Assembly (NCBI GenBank): GCA_041665345.1
Contig: JBAYJA010000005.1
Coordinates: forward strand, 2,913-66,912
Direction of reading: 5' to 3'
DNA length: 64,000 bases
DNA from: Patescibacteria group bacterium
GTDB lineage: Bacteria; Patescibacteriota; Patescibacteriia; PEXW01
The stretch's first letter is position 1, and every line of letters starts with the position of its first letter. Below the pieces are notes generated by a model, which was not told the DNA's origin, made no database searches, and saw nothing but the letters and a program-made list of their open reading frames with translations. Positions 35,473-45,158 of this stretch are shown piece after piece. The translations under genes were made by a program, and so were the position numbers.

Positions 35473-36219
35473 ATGTACACGTACATCATTGAGGCAGAAG
35501 CTGCCGCGAAGAAGTACGAAATGGAGCTTGCAAGAATTGAAGCTCGAACTTTGGAGTTGCACATGCCCGGCCGTTTTGAAAAACTTACTATTCTTAAAAG
35601 TCTTCGCGAAATTATTGCTGATGCTGTGAAGCAGAAGGCTGAAACGATTGTGGTCATTGGTAGCGACAAAATTGTGAGTTTAGCTGTAACCGAAATTGCG
35701 CCACTTGGTGGAACGCTTGGCATCATTCCAGTTGGTGGGCCGTCAAACATCGCGCATGCGTTGGGTATTCCCGACGGCGTGGCCGCGTGTGATACGCTCT
35801 CCGCCCGGATTCGGGAGCAGCTGGATTTAGGCAAAGTGAATGGCCGGTACTTTCTGTTTGGCGTAGATATTCCAGATGCACCTTCACTCACCTTAGAGTG
35901 CGATGGACAATTTCATGTTTCCACTGCTTCGCCTTCCTCCATTTCCATTCGAAACTTTGGTGATGACAGTGACCCATGCGATGGGCGTTTGGAGGTTGTG
36001 GTTCGGCCCAAAGTAGAAGGTGGTTTTTTTCAGCGGTTCAGCCAGCGGACATTTTCCAAAGCCAGTGTTTTCCCTTTTAAGAAAGTGACCATCCGCTGCC
36101 CTGGGGATAGTGTTCCCATTCAAGAAGCCGGACAGACGATTGTGAAAACCCCAGCGACGGTGGAAGTTGCTCCTGCAAAGCTAAAAGTTATTGTAGGGAA
36201 GCAGCGATCGTTTGCATAA
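35473..36219 (+). CDS. diacylglycerol kinase family-like protein
   Basis: VVIGSD, LGIIPVG..N.IAHALGIP, LDLG.VNG, DGRLEV. Confidence 0.75.
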   Translation: MYTYIIEAEAAAKKYEMELARIEARTLELHMPGRFEKLTILKSLREIIADAVKQKAETIVVIGSDKIVSLAVTEIAPLGGTLGIIPVGGPSNIAHALGIPDGVAACDTLSARIREQLDLGKVNGRYFLFGVDIPDAPSLTLECDGQFHVSTASPSSISIRNFGDDSDPCDGRLEVVVRPKVEGGFFQRFSQRTFSKASVFPFKKVTIRCPGDSVPIQEAGQTIVKTPATVEVAPAKLKVIVGKQRSFA

Positions 36220-36265
36220 AAAAAGAGATGCTGGGAGCATCTCTTTTTTGCAAAGGGCGGTTTTT

Positions 36266-37366
36266 TTAGTACACCCGTTCGTGGTTGGAAGGAAACGGCA
36301 CCACTTTGGTAATGTCGTGCCGGCCCAGAATGTACTGGAATATCCGCGACATGCCAAACCCGCAACCAGCATGTGGCACTGAGTGGTAGCGCCGGAGCGC
36401 TTCAATGTACCAGGCAAAGCCCAGTTTGGCATCCGGGTCTTTTTCCAGTAAGCGTTGGAACATCAGGGAGCTGTAGAGACGTTCCTGGAACACGTCTACC
36501 TGGTGCACCCGGGCGGCCGAACCCACGCACTCACCGCCAAAGGGCACAATGCAGTCCGCGCTCAGGACGTACTCCGGATTTTCCGGATCGGGCTGCATGT
36601 TGAAGAACTTGATGGCTTTGCCGTTGGGATCGGCGGCCAGCAGTGCTTTCATGCGTGGATGTTCCGGGTTGGGGAAGTGGGTAATGAAAATTGGCCCGCC
36701 ACATTCCGCTACCAATTCCTGCTCCTGGGTTGAGGACAAGTCATTCCCCCAGGGAACGTTCATTCGAGCGATAGCTTCTTCGTACCGAAGTCGGGTGAAG
36801 CGAGCTGGGTGATTGGACAGGTGCGTCAACTCCGCAGGGAGACCATATTGGGCTCGCTCTGCAGAAGGGATCGCCATTGCTGCATCCACCAGGGCAGTGA
36901 TTGTCCCTTCAATGTGCTCCAGCAGCTGGGTGAAGCTGAAGGCACCTTCAATTTCCACCATCTCGAATTCAGTCAGGTGCCGGGTGTCTACCCCGCGTTC
37001 TGCGCGTGCCGATGGCCCCACGCAGTACAGGAGGGGGTTCTGCGGGTTGCCCAGCAAGGATTCCAGGTAGAGCTGACCGGTCTGCGCAAAGTACACTCGC
37101 TTCTTCATGGGCTGTCCTTCAGCATCGCGCACAATGAACCAGTGCGGATCATTGCCCACGAAAATTTCAAACAGCGTGTCCACGTTTTCACACGCGCCAG
37201 CTGCCGGGACAATGCGGGGGACAGTTACACGCAGGAAGCCCAGCCGCCGAAGGTGGGCTTCACAGGCCTGCATCATGGCGTCACCAAAGCGAATGACGTC
37301 GAAATTCGGTTCGGCAAAAGGCGTGGCGGTCACCAACGGCAGGGTGGTTTGGGTGGAAGATTCCAT
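36266..37366 (-). CDS. AsnRS-like class II aaRS catalytic domain without anticodon-binding domain (asparagine synthetase A / paralogue)
   Basis: QTGQLYLE, RAE....RHLTEF, PHAGCGFG..R; no N-terminal OB fold. Confidence 0.8.
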   Translation of the reverse strand: MESSTQTTLPLVTATPFAEPNFDVIRFGDAMMQACEAHLRRLGFLRVTVPRIVPAAGACENVDTLFEIFVGNDPHWFIVRDAEGQPMKKRVYFAQTGQLYLESLLGNPQNPLLYCVGPSARAERGVDTRHLTEFEMVEIEGAFSFTQLLEHIEGTITALVDAAMAIPSAERAQYGLPAELTHLSNHPARFTRLRYEEAIARMNVPWGNDLSSTQEQELVAECGGPIFITHFPNPEHPRMKALLAADPNGKAIKFFNMQPDPENPEYVLSADCIVPFGGECVGSAARVHQVDVFQERLYSSLMFQRLLEKDPDAKLGFAWYIEALRRYHSVPHAGCGFGMSRIFQYILGRHDITKVVPFPSNHERVY

Positions 37367-37420
37367 AGTAGTACTCCTTTCTGAGTATTCGGTTGTTCAA
37401 GAACAGTTTTTTGGGGGTAT

Positions 37421-37575
37421 AAAAAAATACCCCGTCAGTTGACGGGGGCTTTTGCAATAAATCCGGCACAGAGCCGGAATTTCTTCTTTTCCAGTACGTG
37501 GTCTCGCCAGTGATAATCGGTGTGGCGGGTCTGCATACTGGGGTAGATGATACAGAAGCTGGGGAGAGGTGTCAA
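37421..37575 (-). promoter_or_regulatory. promoter plus structured leader with intrinsic terminator (attenuator candidate)
   Basis: TTGACA-17-TATCAT, two hairpins, then CCCCGTCA-AC-TGACGGGG-TATTTTTTT ending ~55 nt before the ATG. Confidence 0.55.
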
Positions 37576-37580
37576 ATAGG

Positions 37581-37815
37581 GTTACGAATTACGAAAAGAT
37601 ACTACGAAAATACGAATGTACGAATGGGGATACGCCCCGCGGAGCGGGGTCCGGCTCCGCCGGAAATTACGAATGGGGAGGGTGGGAATACGGGACTCAA
37701 GATTGTAGAGTGTCTCCCTCGCCCTCTGAGGGAGAGAGAGGGTTGGTTATGGTTCCCAGCGCGGGTGTCCCTGCCCGCGCTGGACTGGGGATGGTTGGAG
37801 GGTGAGGGGTAGGTA
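37581..37815 (-). repeat. mosaic intergenic repeat with TTCGTA array (copy upstream of AsnRS-like gene)
   Basis: Shares modules with the 31539 and 51418 copies. Confidence 0.85.
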
Positions 37816-37888
37816 AAGAAAACCCCACCTCGTGCAGAAGTGGGGTTATGAAGATTACCAACGAAAATGACTATTCGATGCATGAAGT

Positions 37889-38191
37889 TTAAGAAGCGAA
37901 ATGTTTAAAAAATTGAAAAACTATGTTCAACGCTCCGGCCATTAACCACTCGACACAAAAAATAACACCACCTTTTTGCACCCAAAGAGCTTCATCAAAC
38001 TCATCAACTTCCCTACTAACAAAGGTAATGATTCGAAAACTAAATGTTACGTAGGTCAATGTTCCAATCACACACCACCATCGCGGTTCATGGGTATAGT
38101 ACGCGGGGAAGTAAAAACCCAATAAGCAAATCATTGCGATGGTAACGATTATGCCTATAATCCACACTAGAAATTGATCTTCTTTTGGCAA
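37889..38191 (-). CDS. hypothetical membrane protein, AT-rich
   Basis: 3 TM segments, TTG start. Confidence 0.55.
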   Translation of the reverse strand: MPKEDQFLVWIIGIIVTIAMICLLGFYFPAYYTHEPRWWCVIGTLTYVTFSFRIITFVSREVDEFDEALWVQKGGVIFCVEWLMAGALNIVFQFFKHFAS

Positions 38192-38228
38192 GATTCCTAC
38201 CTTTCAGAAATAACTCTTCTTTAAAAAA

Positions 38229-38663
38229 TTATTTCACTAATATCCTAAGGATGAGTACGGGTATGCCGAACACAATCCCTAAGACAAGCAGTGTGAGTCC
38301 AACAGCAAGCACGATATTGAAAGCAAATGCAGCGATTGGAGTTACCACAAGAACTTTCCAACTCTTTGCAAAACCTTCCCAAAAACTGTCGCCACCCTGC
38401 CATCCACCAATTTGGACAACTCCGTACATTGTAAAAATGTACAAGGCTGTCCAGTAAGGTATGTAAAACAAAGGCGCATACGGACCGAGTGCGTTTGGAT
38501 GACATGGATCCGAAGGAACGTGGATAGTGAACCCCAGAATTATGACCCCTAACCATACTGGGACAAAGCCAACAAAGAAACGGAAGCGGTAATGAGGGAA
38601 GAGGTCCTTATATAACTGGTGTAGCTGGTACAATTTTCTTCGTAAAAAAATAGGTGCTGGCAT
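38229..38663 (-). CDS. hypothetical membrane protein, AT-rich
   Basis: AAAGGAGG SD, hydrophobic segments. Confidence 0.6.
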   Translation of the reverse strand: MPAPIFLRRKLYQLHQLYKDLFPHYRFRFFVGFVPVWLGVIILGFTIHVPSDPCHPNALGPYAPLFYIPYWTALYIFTMYGVVQIGGWQGGDSFWEGFAKSWKVLVVTPIAAFAFNIVLAVGLTLLVLGIVFGIPVLILRILVK

Positions 38664-38819
38664 GCAACCTCCTTTATTCAGTTTTCAAAGTTTTTTGTTA
38701 TTAACCAAGCAGTATATTATTGAAAGTGCATTTTGTCAATAATCTTCTTATGAAATGTTGACAAATTATCAATATTCTATATAATATATACATTATTGAC
38801 GAAAATATTCGTCATCAAT

Positions 38820-39572
38820 ATGACTGAGCTGCAAACCCAATTGCGTACCCTTGGTTGGCCGGATAAGCAGATTACTGTGTACTCTGCCCTTTTGGGCTTA
38901 GGATCCGCAGGTGCGTCAGAAATTGCTGAAGGAGTGAAGCTCCCCCGGCAGACTGTCTATAGCCTTCTCTCCGAACTCCTGGAAAAAGAAGTTATCGAGC
39001 AAAGTGACCAACAAGGGGTGAAGCAGTTTGTGGCAAATCCAGACGCGTTGCTACTTCGTCTAGAGAAAGACCAGCTACAATTGCAAAAAACCAAGACCGA
39101 GTTAGCTGCAGAACTACCCAAGATTCTTGCCAAGCAACGTCGCAAACCTTCTTACCCGCAGGTGACGTACTACGAAGGGAAAGAAGGTTTGAAACGATTA
39201 TTCAACGGCATTCTCCATTTTTACCAACGTGATGGCGAAAAAGCCTTTCGGGGCTACGGCGTAAACTTCATGAAGCCTGCCCTGGGTGATTTTCTGTACA
39301 CGTTTGTGAAGAAGCGGAGTGAGTATGGAGTGGACACCAAGCTCTTCATTGGTCTGGGGCCAGATGATTTTGGGATAACTGGACCAGAGAACCAACTCCA
39401 GCGAGATATCAAGCGTCTGAACATGCCTGCGGCGAAAGCGGGGGTGTATTTGGTTGGTGATCGGGCGTACCTTTTTTCTTTTGTAGACAATGTGGGTGTC
39501 ATGGTAGAGAACCCGGCAATCGTTGAACTCCTCAAGCGTGCTTTTGATGATCATTGGAAGAAATCCAATTAA
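38820..39572 (+). CDS. TrmB family transcriptional regulator
   Basis: VY.ALL.LG..A.EIA...LPRQTVY HTH; P.V.YYEG.EG. Confidence 0.85.
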   Translation: MTELQTQLRTLGWPDKQITVYSALLGLGSAGASEIAEGVKLPRQTVYSLLSELLEKEVIEQSDQQGVKQFVANPDALLLRLEKDQLQLQKTKTELAAELPKILAKQRRKPSYPQVTYYEGKEGLKRLFNGILHFYQRDGEKAFRGYGVNFMKPALGDFLYTFVKKRSEYGVDTKLFIGLGPDDFGITGPENQLQRDIKRLNMPAAKAGVYLVGDRAYLFSFVDNVGVMVENPAIVELLKRAFDDHWKKSN

Positions 39573-39658
39573 CAAAGTGTTACTTGCTTGTTCTTGCCTT
39601 TTCTCAATAATTCTTTAGACTGCAAACAAGAGGAAAGCAAACACGGAAAGGAGAAAAA

Positions 39659-39865
39659 ATGGCTCTCAGTGATTATTGTCCCCCAGACTGGAGTTACTGC
39701 AAATGTGAATGTCATATGACGGCAAGCGATAGTTGCGGGTGCAATTGTCAATTTTGTAACGCCTGTAAGCGCTACATTGCTGGACCTTTCGAAAAACATC
39801 AGCAAGAGGTACACCCAAAAACGGTCTCTCAAAAATGCTGTTCTGGACCAATCTCCATAGTCTAG
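39659..39865 (+). CDS. small Cys/His-rich protein with one CxCxCH domain
   Basis: AAAGGAG SD; CKCECH..CNCQFCNAC..YI...H; paralogue of 27178. Confidence 0.65.
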   Translation: MALSDYCPPDWSYCKCECHMTASDSCGCNCQFCNACKRYIAGPFEKHQQEVHPKTVSQKCCSGPISIV

Positions 39866-39926
39866 TTCCTCGAAGCGCCTCTCCATTGACGGAAAGGCGC
39901 TTTTTTTGTAGAATCATGGCACTCCT

Positions 39927-41918
39927 ATGAATGTTACCGAACTCGCCCGCCGCCTCCGCATTCCTGTCCAAGACCTTCGCCATGCCTTGCCGAAGTTGGG
40001 TTTTGGTATTGGTTCCAAGGCGCACAAGGTTTCCGACGTGGTAGCAACAAAAATTATTGGGAAGCATAAGACTGAGCCTGAACTCTTTGCCCCGGAGAAG
40101 GAAGAGGACGTTATTGAAGTAGCAGAAAAGGCTGCACCGGTTGGCCGCATTGCCATTCCATCTCGCATTACGGTTCGGGAGTTTGCCGCGCGTCTGAACA
40201 AGCCAGCTTCACTGGTTATTTCTCACCTGATGAAAAATGGAATCCTGGCCGCGCTGAATGAGGAAATTGATTTTGATACCGCCTCCATTGTGGGAGCAGA
40301 TTTTGGTGCGGAAGTGCAGCGGCAGCAAGAGCAAACCACGGCCGAGCGGGAAACTGCCATGGCGGATAAAGTTGGGACGCTCATTGCGGCGGATGAAAAG
40401 CGAACCACGGTGCGCCCACCGGTCGTGGTGGTCATGGGCCATGTTGACCATGGGAAAACCAGTTTGCTGGACGCGATCCGAACGGCCAACGTCGCCGGCA
40501 AAGAGCACGGTGGTATTACCCAGCACATTGGCGCCTACCAAGTGACGTTGAACGACCGAGGGATTACCTTCATTGATACGCCGGGGCACGAAGCGTTTAC
40601 GGCCATGCGTTCCCGCGGCGCGAACGTGGCGGACGTGGCCATTGTGGTCATTGCTGCCGATGATGGGATGAAACCTCAGACTCGGGAAGTGCTGAGCATT
40701 GTGGAACGGAACAAGCTCCCATTTGTGGTGGCGATTACGAAGATTGATAAAGACGGTACGAGCGTGGACAAAGTGAAAACGGATTTAGCGTCAATCAACC
40801 TCCAACCGGAGGACTGGGGTGGAAAAGTCATAACCCAAGCGGTCTCCGCGAAAACCGGGAAAGGCATTCCTGAACTTTTGGAATCTGTTCTACTGGTTGC
40901 GGATTTGGAAAAGGACACGCTCCTGGCAAACCCGGATGGGAAATTGGTTGGAACTATTATTGAATCCCACGTGGACCAAGGTGAAGGCCCAGTGGCCACC
41001 ATGATTGTGCAGAACGGTACCCTGCGCCGTGGGGATTTCATTGTGGCTGGCCCAGTGGTGGGGAAAATTCGGAGTTTGAAAGATTGGAATGGGAAGATTG
41101 TCGACGCCGCAGGTCCGTCCATGCCGGTGGTCATCCTGGGACTCAAAGCCGCGCCGTCCGTTGGTGATGTGGTGGAAGCGCCGGAAGATGAACGGGCAGC
41201 CAGAAAACTCATGAAGCAGCAAGAAGCCACGCTGCGCTTGATGCAGGTGAAAGCTCGGGAAGCCTCGCAAACTGCGTCGGTGATTGGCGGCAGCGTGGAC
41301 ACCAAGGACGTGAAGAAGCTTCCACTCTTCCTGAAAGCAGACAAGGTGGGTTCTTTGGAGGCAATTGTGGAAAGCATGAAAGGCTTTGCCTACCCAGATG
41401 TGCAGCCCGTGATTGTGGGCCAAGGTTTGGGCGATATTACCGATGCGGATGTGATGCGCGCCGAACAAGCTGATGCCTGGCTCCTGGGGTTCAACGTGGA
41501 CGTTGGCCAGAAAGCTGTGAGCAATGCGCGCGTACCCGTGAAAACCTTTACCGTCATCTACCAGCTGCTGGATGAAATTCGGGACGGCCTGGCTGCCAAA
41601 CTTGGAGTGGAAATTGTGGAAGAGCCCATTGGCCAAGCTCGGGTGCTCAAGATTTTCCGCCAGGAAGGGAAGGTGACCATTGCCGGCGCCAAGGTCACGG
41701 AAGGTGTGGCCAAAGCAAAGGCACGGGTCAAAGTCTTCCGCAGTGGGAAAGTGCTGGGCGCTGTATCCCTGGATCAGCTGCAGCAGAACAAGCAGAACGT
41801 GGGTGAGGTCGCCACCAACCTGGAGTGCGGTCTGAAACTCAGCGGCCTGGCCGGGATTGTGGAAGGGGACACCTTGCTGTTCACGGAAGAGAAGCAGGTA
41901 GCGAGGAAACTTGAATAG
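39927..41918 (+). CDS. infB: translation initiation factor IF-2
   Basis: [33 protein letters not shown]. Confidence 0.97.
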   Translation: MNVTELARRLRIPVQDLRHALPKLGFGIGSKAHKVSDVVATKIIGKHKTEPELFAPEKEEDVIEVAEKAAPVGRIAIPSRITVREFAARLNKPASLVISHLMKNGILAALNEEIDFDTASIVGADFGAEVQRQQEQTTAERETAMADKVGTLIAADEKRTTVRPPVVVVMGHVDHGKTSLLDAIRTANVAGKEHGGITQHIGAYQVTLNDRGITFIDTPGHEAFTAMRSRGANVADVAIVVIAADDGMKPQTREVLSIVERNKLPFVVAITKIDKDGTSVDKVKTDLASINLQPEDWGGKVITQAVSAKTGKGIPELLESVLLVADLEKDTLLANPDGKLVGTIIESHVDQGEGPVATMIVQNGTLRRGDFIVAGPVVGKIRSLKDWNGKIVDAAGPSMPVVILGLKAAPSVGDVVEAPEDERAARKLMKQQEATLRLMQVKAREASQTASVIGGSVDTKDVKKLPLFLKADKVGSLEAIVESMKGFAYPDVQPVIVGQGLGDITDADVMRAEQADAWLLGFNVDVGQKAVSNARVPVKTFTVIYQLLDEIRDGLAAKLGVEIVEEPIGQARVLKIFRQEGKVTIAGAKVTEGVAKAKARVKVFRSGKVLGAVSLDQLQQNKQNVGEVATNLECGLKLSGLAGIVEGDTLLFTEEKQVARKLE

Positions 41919-42049
41919 CGAACAGATAGAAGGTTTGGTTTTCGATAGCGGTATAGATTGAAGGCAAAGGCGAATGAATACCCGTTACCAAAACCGTCCA
42001 CCATCTACCCATACAATAATCCAAACCCAAACCTTCTACCCCTGCAACC

Positions 42050-42424
42050 ATGCCCTCCAAGCGCGTGAACCAACTCAATGCACTGCTCCAGCAAAAACTG
42101 GGCGAACTTTTTTTAACCGAAATCAACTTTGCCGCAGGGACGTTAGTGAGTATTACCCGCGTGGAAACCACGGGTGACATTCGGCACTGCAGCGTGTTCC
42201 TGTCCGTGATGCCAGAGGAGTATGGGAATGGTGTGCTCAATCTCTTGCAAAAGCGCCTGCCCTTTCTGCAGCACGAGCTCATGAAGCGGCTTACCTTGGC
42301 GCGCATTCCGTCGCTCCACTTCCGTCTGGATATCCGGGGCCAAAATGCCGCGCACATGGAAGCATTGCTGGATGAGGTGAAGAAGACGTTGCCGCCGGAG
42401 GAAGAAGTCCAACCGGAAAAGTAA
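42050..42424 (+). CDS. rbfA: ribosome-binding factor A
   Basis: Follows infB; ITRV..D, R.P.L.F..D. Confidence 0.9.
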   Translation: MPSKRVNQLNALLQQKLGELFLTEINFAAGTLVSITRVETTGDIRHCSVFLSVMPEEYGNGVLNLLQKRLPFLQHELMKRLTLARIPSLHFRLDIRGQNAAHMEALLDEVKKTLPPEEEVQPEK

Positions 42425-42504
42425 ACTTATTTTTTTGAAAGGAAAAAGGCGAATGCTTGTCAAAAAAGCCTAAGGTGTTCCCTAGGCTTTGCTCACTCGT
42501 TTAC

Positions 42505-43098
42505 TCATGCGTTTACTGCATGTGCATTAAATCTTGGTACAGGCTTTGGAAGTTCTTGCTCATGGACCAAGCTCCAGGAACGGAATTCCAAGCAGCCAAT
42601 AGGAGTGTACGTCTCTTCATCCAGAGTATTGAAGAACTCCCTCCGTCCGGTAAAATCCAGAAAGTCCCCCGTATTTTTCGATTGAATGTACACGCATGGC
42701 AGGCCACCACCACCCATAATCCCGATGGATCTGCGCATCGGCTCTCTTTGCAGTACATCCAACAGCTCAAAGTCCACCACGGCCTGTAATTGACTGGGGA
42801 ACGTGCCCTGGTAGTGCATAGTCCAGACCGGCGTGCCGTCCACGTAAATGGTCATGGTGCCGGTGACATTTCCTGAGACCTCATTCCGGGAAAATGTGTC
42901 CCACATCTCAAAGCTTCTTGGTTCGGGCGGGAAGAAGTACTTCTGGTGATGGTAGTACCAGACGCCTGGCTCCAGGGGGTGTGGTAGTGCTTTGACCCTC
43001 TCTGGATCACGCATTCGTCGTCGTATTGCCTCGCGAAAGAATTCTCGCACCTCGTATACCATGGCGCGGAAGACTTCATTTGCATCATTGTCCGGCAT
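42505..43098 (-). CDS. DUF5680-like hypothetical protein
   Basis: PVWTMHYQG, Y.....GDF..FTG.E. Confidence 0.5.
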   Translation of the reverse strand: MPDNDANEVFRAMVYEVREFFREAIRRRMRDPERVKALPHPLEPGVWYYHHQKYFFPPEPRSFEMWDTFSRNEVSGNVTGTMTIYVDGTPVWTMHYQGTFPSQLQAVVDFELLDVLQREPMRRSIGIMGGGGLPCVYIQSKNTGDFLDFTGRREFFNTLDEETYTPIGCLEFRSWSLVHEQELPKPVPRFNAHAVNA

Positions 43099-43182
43099 TG
43101 TGTCCTCAACTTTCAGTTTGTGAACGTTCAGTATGTTTAGAGCTATCCTAGATTGCTGGGGAATGGTTTGTCAAATAAAAAA

Positions 43183-43206
43183 AAGCGCCAGGTTGTCCGG
43201 GCGCTT
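43183..43206 (-). terminator. repeated terminator hairpin, copy 1
   Basis: AAGCGCCAGGTTGTCCGGGCGCTT preceded by an A-tract. Confidence 0.8.
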
Positions 43207-43228
43207 AGAGCTATTTTTTTGCGAGCAC

Positions 43229-43483
43229 TTACGTGAAGTCTTTTACTCCGAAGGATTCTGAGGGTAGCATGGCCGATAAAGCATCTTGCACTTTTTCTCG
43301 GTCACCTATGGCGAGCACTCGCGCATGCCCACCCCAAGAATGCCAATCTACGTGTTTCTTGCCAGTTACTCGCCTGACCTCTTGAATGACACTCTCGAAA
43401 TCCGGTGGTGTGGATTTTGAGTAGAGTAGAGCTACGCATGAACCAAGGTGCCAAACAAGTCTACTGCACCTGTTTGCTGGCAT
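43229..43483 (-). CDS. hypothetical protein
   Basis: GAGGAGGT SD; VDWHSWGG motif; own promoter and terminator. Confidence 0.6.
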   Translation of the reverse strand: MPANRCSRLVWHLGSCVALLYSKSTPPDFESVIQEVRRVTGKKHVDWHSWGGHARVLAIGDREKVQDALSAMLPSESFGVKDFT

Positions 43484-43567
43484 ATATGACCTCCTCGTTA
43501 CTTTTGTTTTTTCACTGCTACTTTACCACCCACAAACATTGTGTCAATAAAATTGTTTGTAAGTAAA

Positions 43568-43591
43568 AAGCGCCAGGTTGTCCGGGCGCTT
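43568..43591 (-). terminator. repeated terminator hairpin, copy 2
   Basis: Identical 24 bp to 43183-43206. Confidence 0.8.
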
Positions 43592-43608
43592 TTTGGAAGG
43601 TTCTTCGA

Positions 43609-43935
43609 TTAGTCGGTTTTTAACCACCCGATGTAGCGCTGAAGGATTGGTGCCTGCAGATCTCTCCGATCCAACGCGTCCTTCGCCCGTTGGACAAGTG
43701 CTCCTTCAAGAGGTGCACCGCATTCTTGGAGTCTTTTTTCGTACTTCTGCAGCAATGCTCGTAGGGCAGGGATTTCATACGGCTGAATAGCCCTGACAAA
43801 GTCTGGATTCTCAGCTTTTTCATGTACAGCAACTAAGAAGTTAGATCTCGTCGTCAGTATTTCCTTGAGTATTCTAAAATTTTCTCTCTCGACTTCTTCT
43901 TGTTGTTCAGGGCTTAATGAATAAAACATAACCAC
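43609..43935 (-). CDS. hypothetical protein
   Basis: AAAGGAG SD, GTG start. Confidence 0.6.
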   Translation of the reverse strand: MVMFYSLSPEQQEEVERENFRILKEILTTRSNFLVAVHEKAENPDFVRAIQPYEIPALRALLQKYEKRLQECGAPLEGALVQRAKDALDRRDLQAPILQRYIGWLKTD

Positions 43936-43965
43936 GTAGAGCTCCTTTCGATGTTGTTTTTGTAT

Positions 43966-44139
43966 TTAAGCTAATTCTCCTGTTTGAATCCTCCTTTTCA
44001 CCTCCCTCCATTCTTCAGCCGAGAGCACAATAACTTTTTCGGGTTCACTTGACTGTCGTAGCGCTTTCCCGCCATCTGGAGTTTCTGCAATCTCCAGGCA
44101 GCTGCCAATGACACAGCTAAATTTTAATGACTCATGCAT
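43966..44139 (-). CDS. DUF397-like small protein
   Basis: S....CLEIA......LRQS..P.....S..EW......I..GE pattern; GGAGG SD. Confidence 0.65.
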   Translation of the reverse strand: MHESLKFSCVIGSCLEIAETPDGGKALRQSSEPEKVIVLSAEEWREVKRRIQTGELA

Positions 44140-44308
44140 TATTCCTCCGATTGTGTTGATGTAAAAAAAGAACCTGTTCGTCTCTACTCTATGAACAGCG
44201 GAAGCAGAGCGCCAGACGTGAGAAGCGTTACGAATATTTACCCCTAAGGTTAGCGGAGAATCAGCATAAATAATTGACAATATTCTTGTCACTTAATATC
44301 ATAAGGTT

Positions 44309-45115
44309 ATGCCACCCATGCCTACAAAATTTTTTCAGCTCCTCAACCTCTCAGCAGTTGAGCAAAAGATTATTCTGCAACTGCAGGTACACGCTTCAAT
44401 GACGGTCTCAGCATTAGCCCGGGAGATTGCGATACCACGAACAACGACACATTTTCTCCTCAAGAACTTGGAACGACGTGGCTTATTACACCGAGTGAGG
44501 GTCGGAAAGCATGGAGAATGGAGCCTTGCGGATTCAGCAGTGATAACCAACCAGCTCCAAATTGGGCTGCAACTATTTTCCCATGCAAAGAACCTGGGCG
44601 AGCGGGTTGTCCTGGGAGATAACGTTGTGCAGTATTCTCAGGGTCTGCACAACATTCAAACAACCTACACAGCATTGCTGCGGGCACATGTTGGGGAAAG
44701 AATTTACTTTATCCAGGGAACACAATCCGCCAAAATCGCGCTGCAAAATCTTTCACCGGAATTCTTCCAGAAGTTTCATGCGCAGATAAAGAAGCGAAGA
44801 ATTATCCTGGAAGGGATTGGGAGCACAGAGCTGCTTGCGCTATTTCACACCCTCGATAAAAAAGCGTTGGCCTCACACCAAGGACGCCCATTGATTACCT
44901 CGTTGGTTCCCAGCCGTTTTCTTCGTCCGGATATTGATGTGCTCATTTTCCGTTCCACGCTCTACGTCATAAATATGAAGAAGGAAACGCTGCTGACTTT
45001 GGAAAGTGAGGAGGTGGCAGATGTCCTCAAAAATTTTCTGGCATACATTCTTGCCGGTGAGCGGCGTATGAATGTGAATGAGTATGTCCAGCAACTGCTT
45101 GAGCGGAAGAAATAA
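44309..45115 (+). CDS. TrmB family transcriptional regulator
   Basis: LAREIAIPRTT...L..L.RRGL HTH. Confidence 0.8.
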   Translation: MPPMPTKFFQLLNLSAVEQKIILQLQVHASMTVSALAREIAIPRTTTHFLLKNLERRGLLHRVRVGKHGEWSLADSAVITNQLQIGLQLFSHAKNLGERVVLGDNVVQYSQGLHNIQTTYTALLRAHVGERIYFIQGTQSAKIALQNLSPEFFQKFHAQIKKRRIILEGIGSTELLALFHTLDKKALASHQGRPLITSLVPSRFLRPDIDVLIFRSTLYVINMKKETLLTLESEEVADVLKNFLAYILAGERRMNVNEYVQQLLERKK

Positions 45116-45117
45116 AA

Positions 45118-45140
45118 AAGCACTCGGTTGTCCGGGCGCC
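45118..45140. terminator. repeated terminator hairpin, copy 3 (diverged, bidirectional)
   Basis: AAGCACTCGGTTGTCCGGGCGCC with the same GGTTGTCC core. Confidence 0.7.
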
Positions 45141-45158
45141 TTTTTAGAAAAGTGCAAT

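Noticed and set aside
37367-37545. T-box or ZMP/ZTP riboswitch
   Set aside because: No GGTGG-ACC T-box antiterminator; only a short ACTGGCG resemblance to ZTP without the rest of the consensus
42505-45140. Integron cassette array
   Set aside because: The repeated hairpins are only 24 bp, lack RYYYAAC/GTTRRRY ends, and no integrase is in the window
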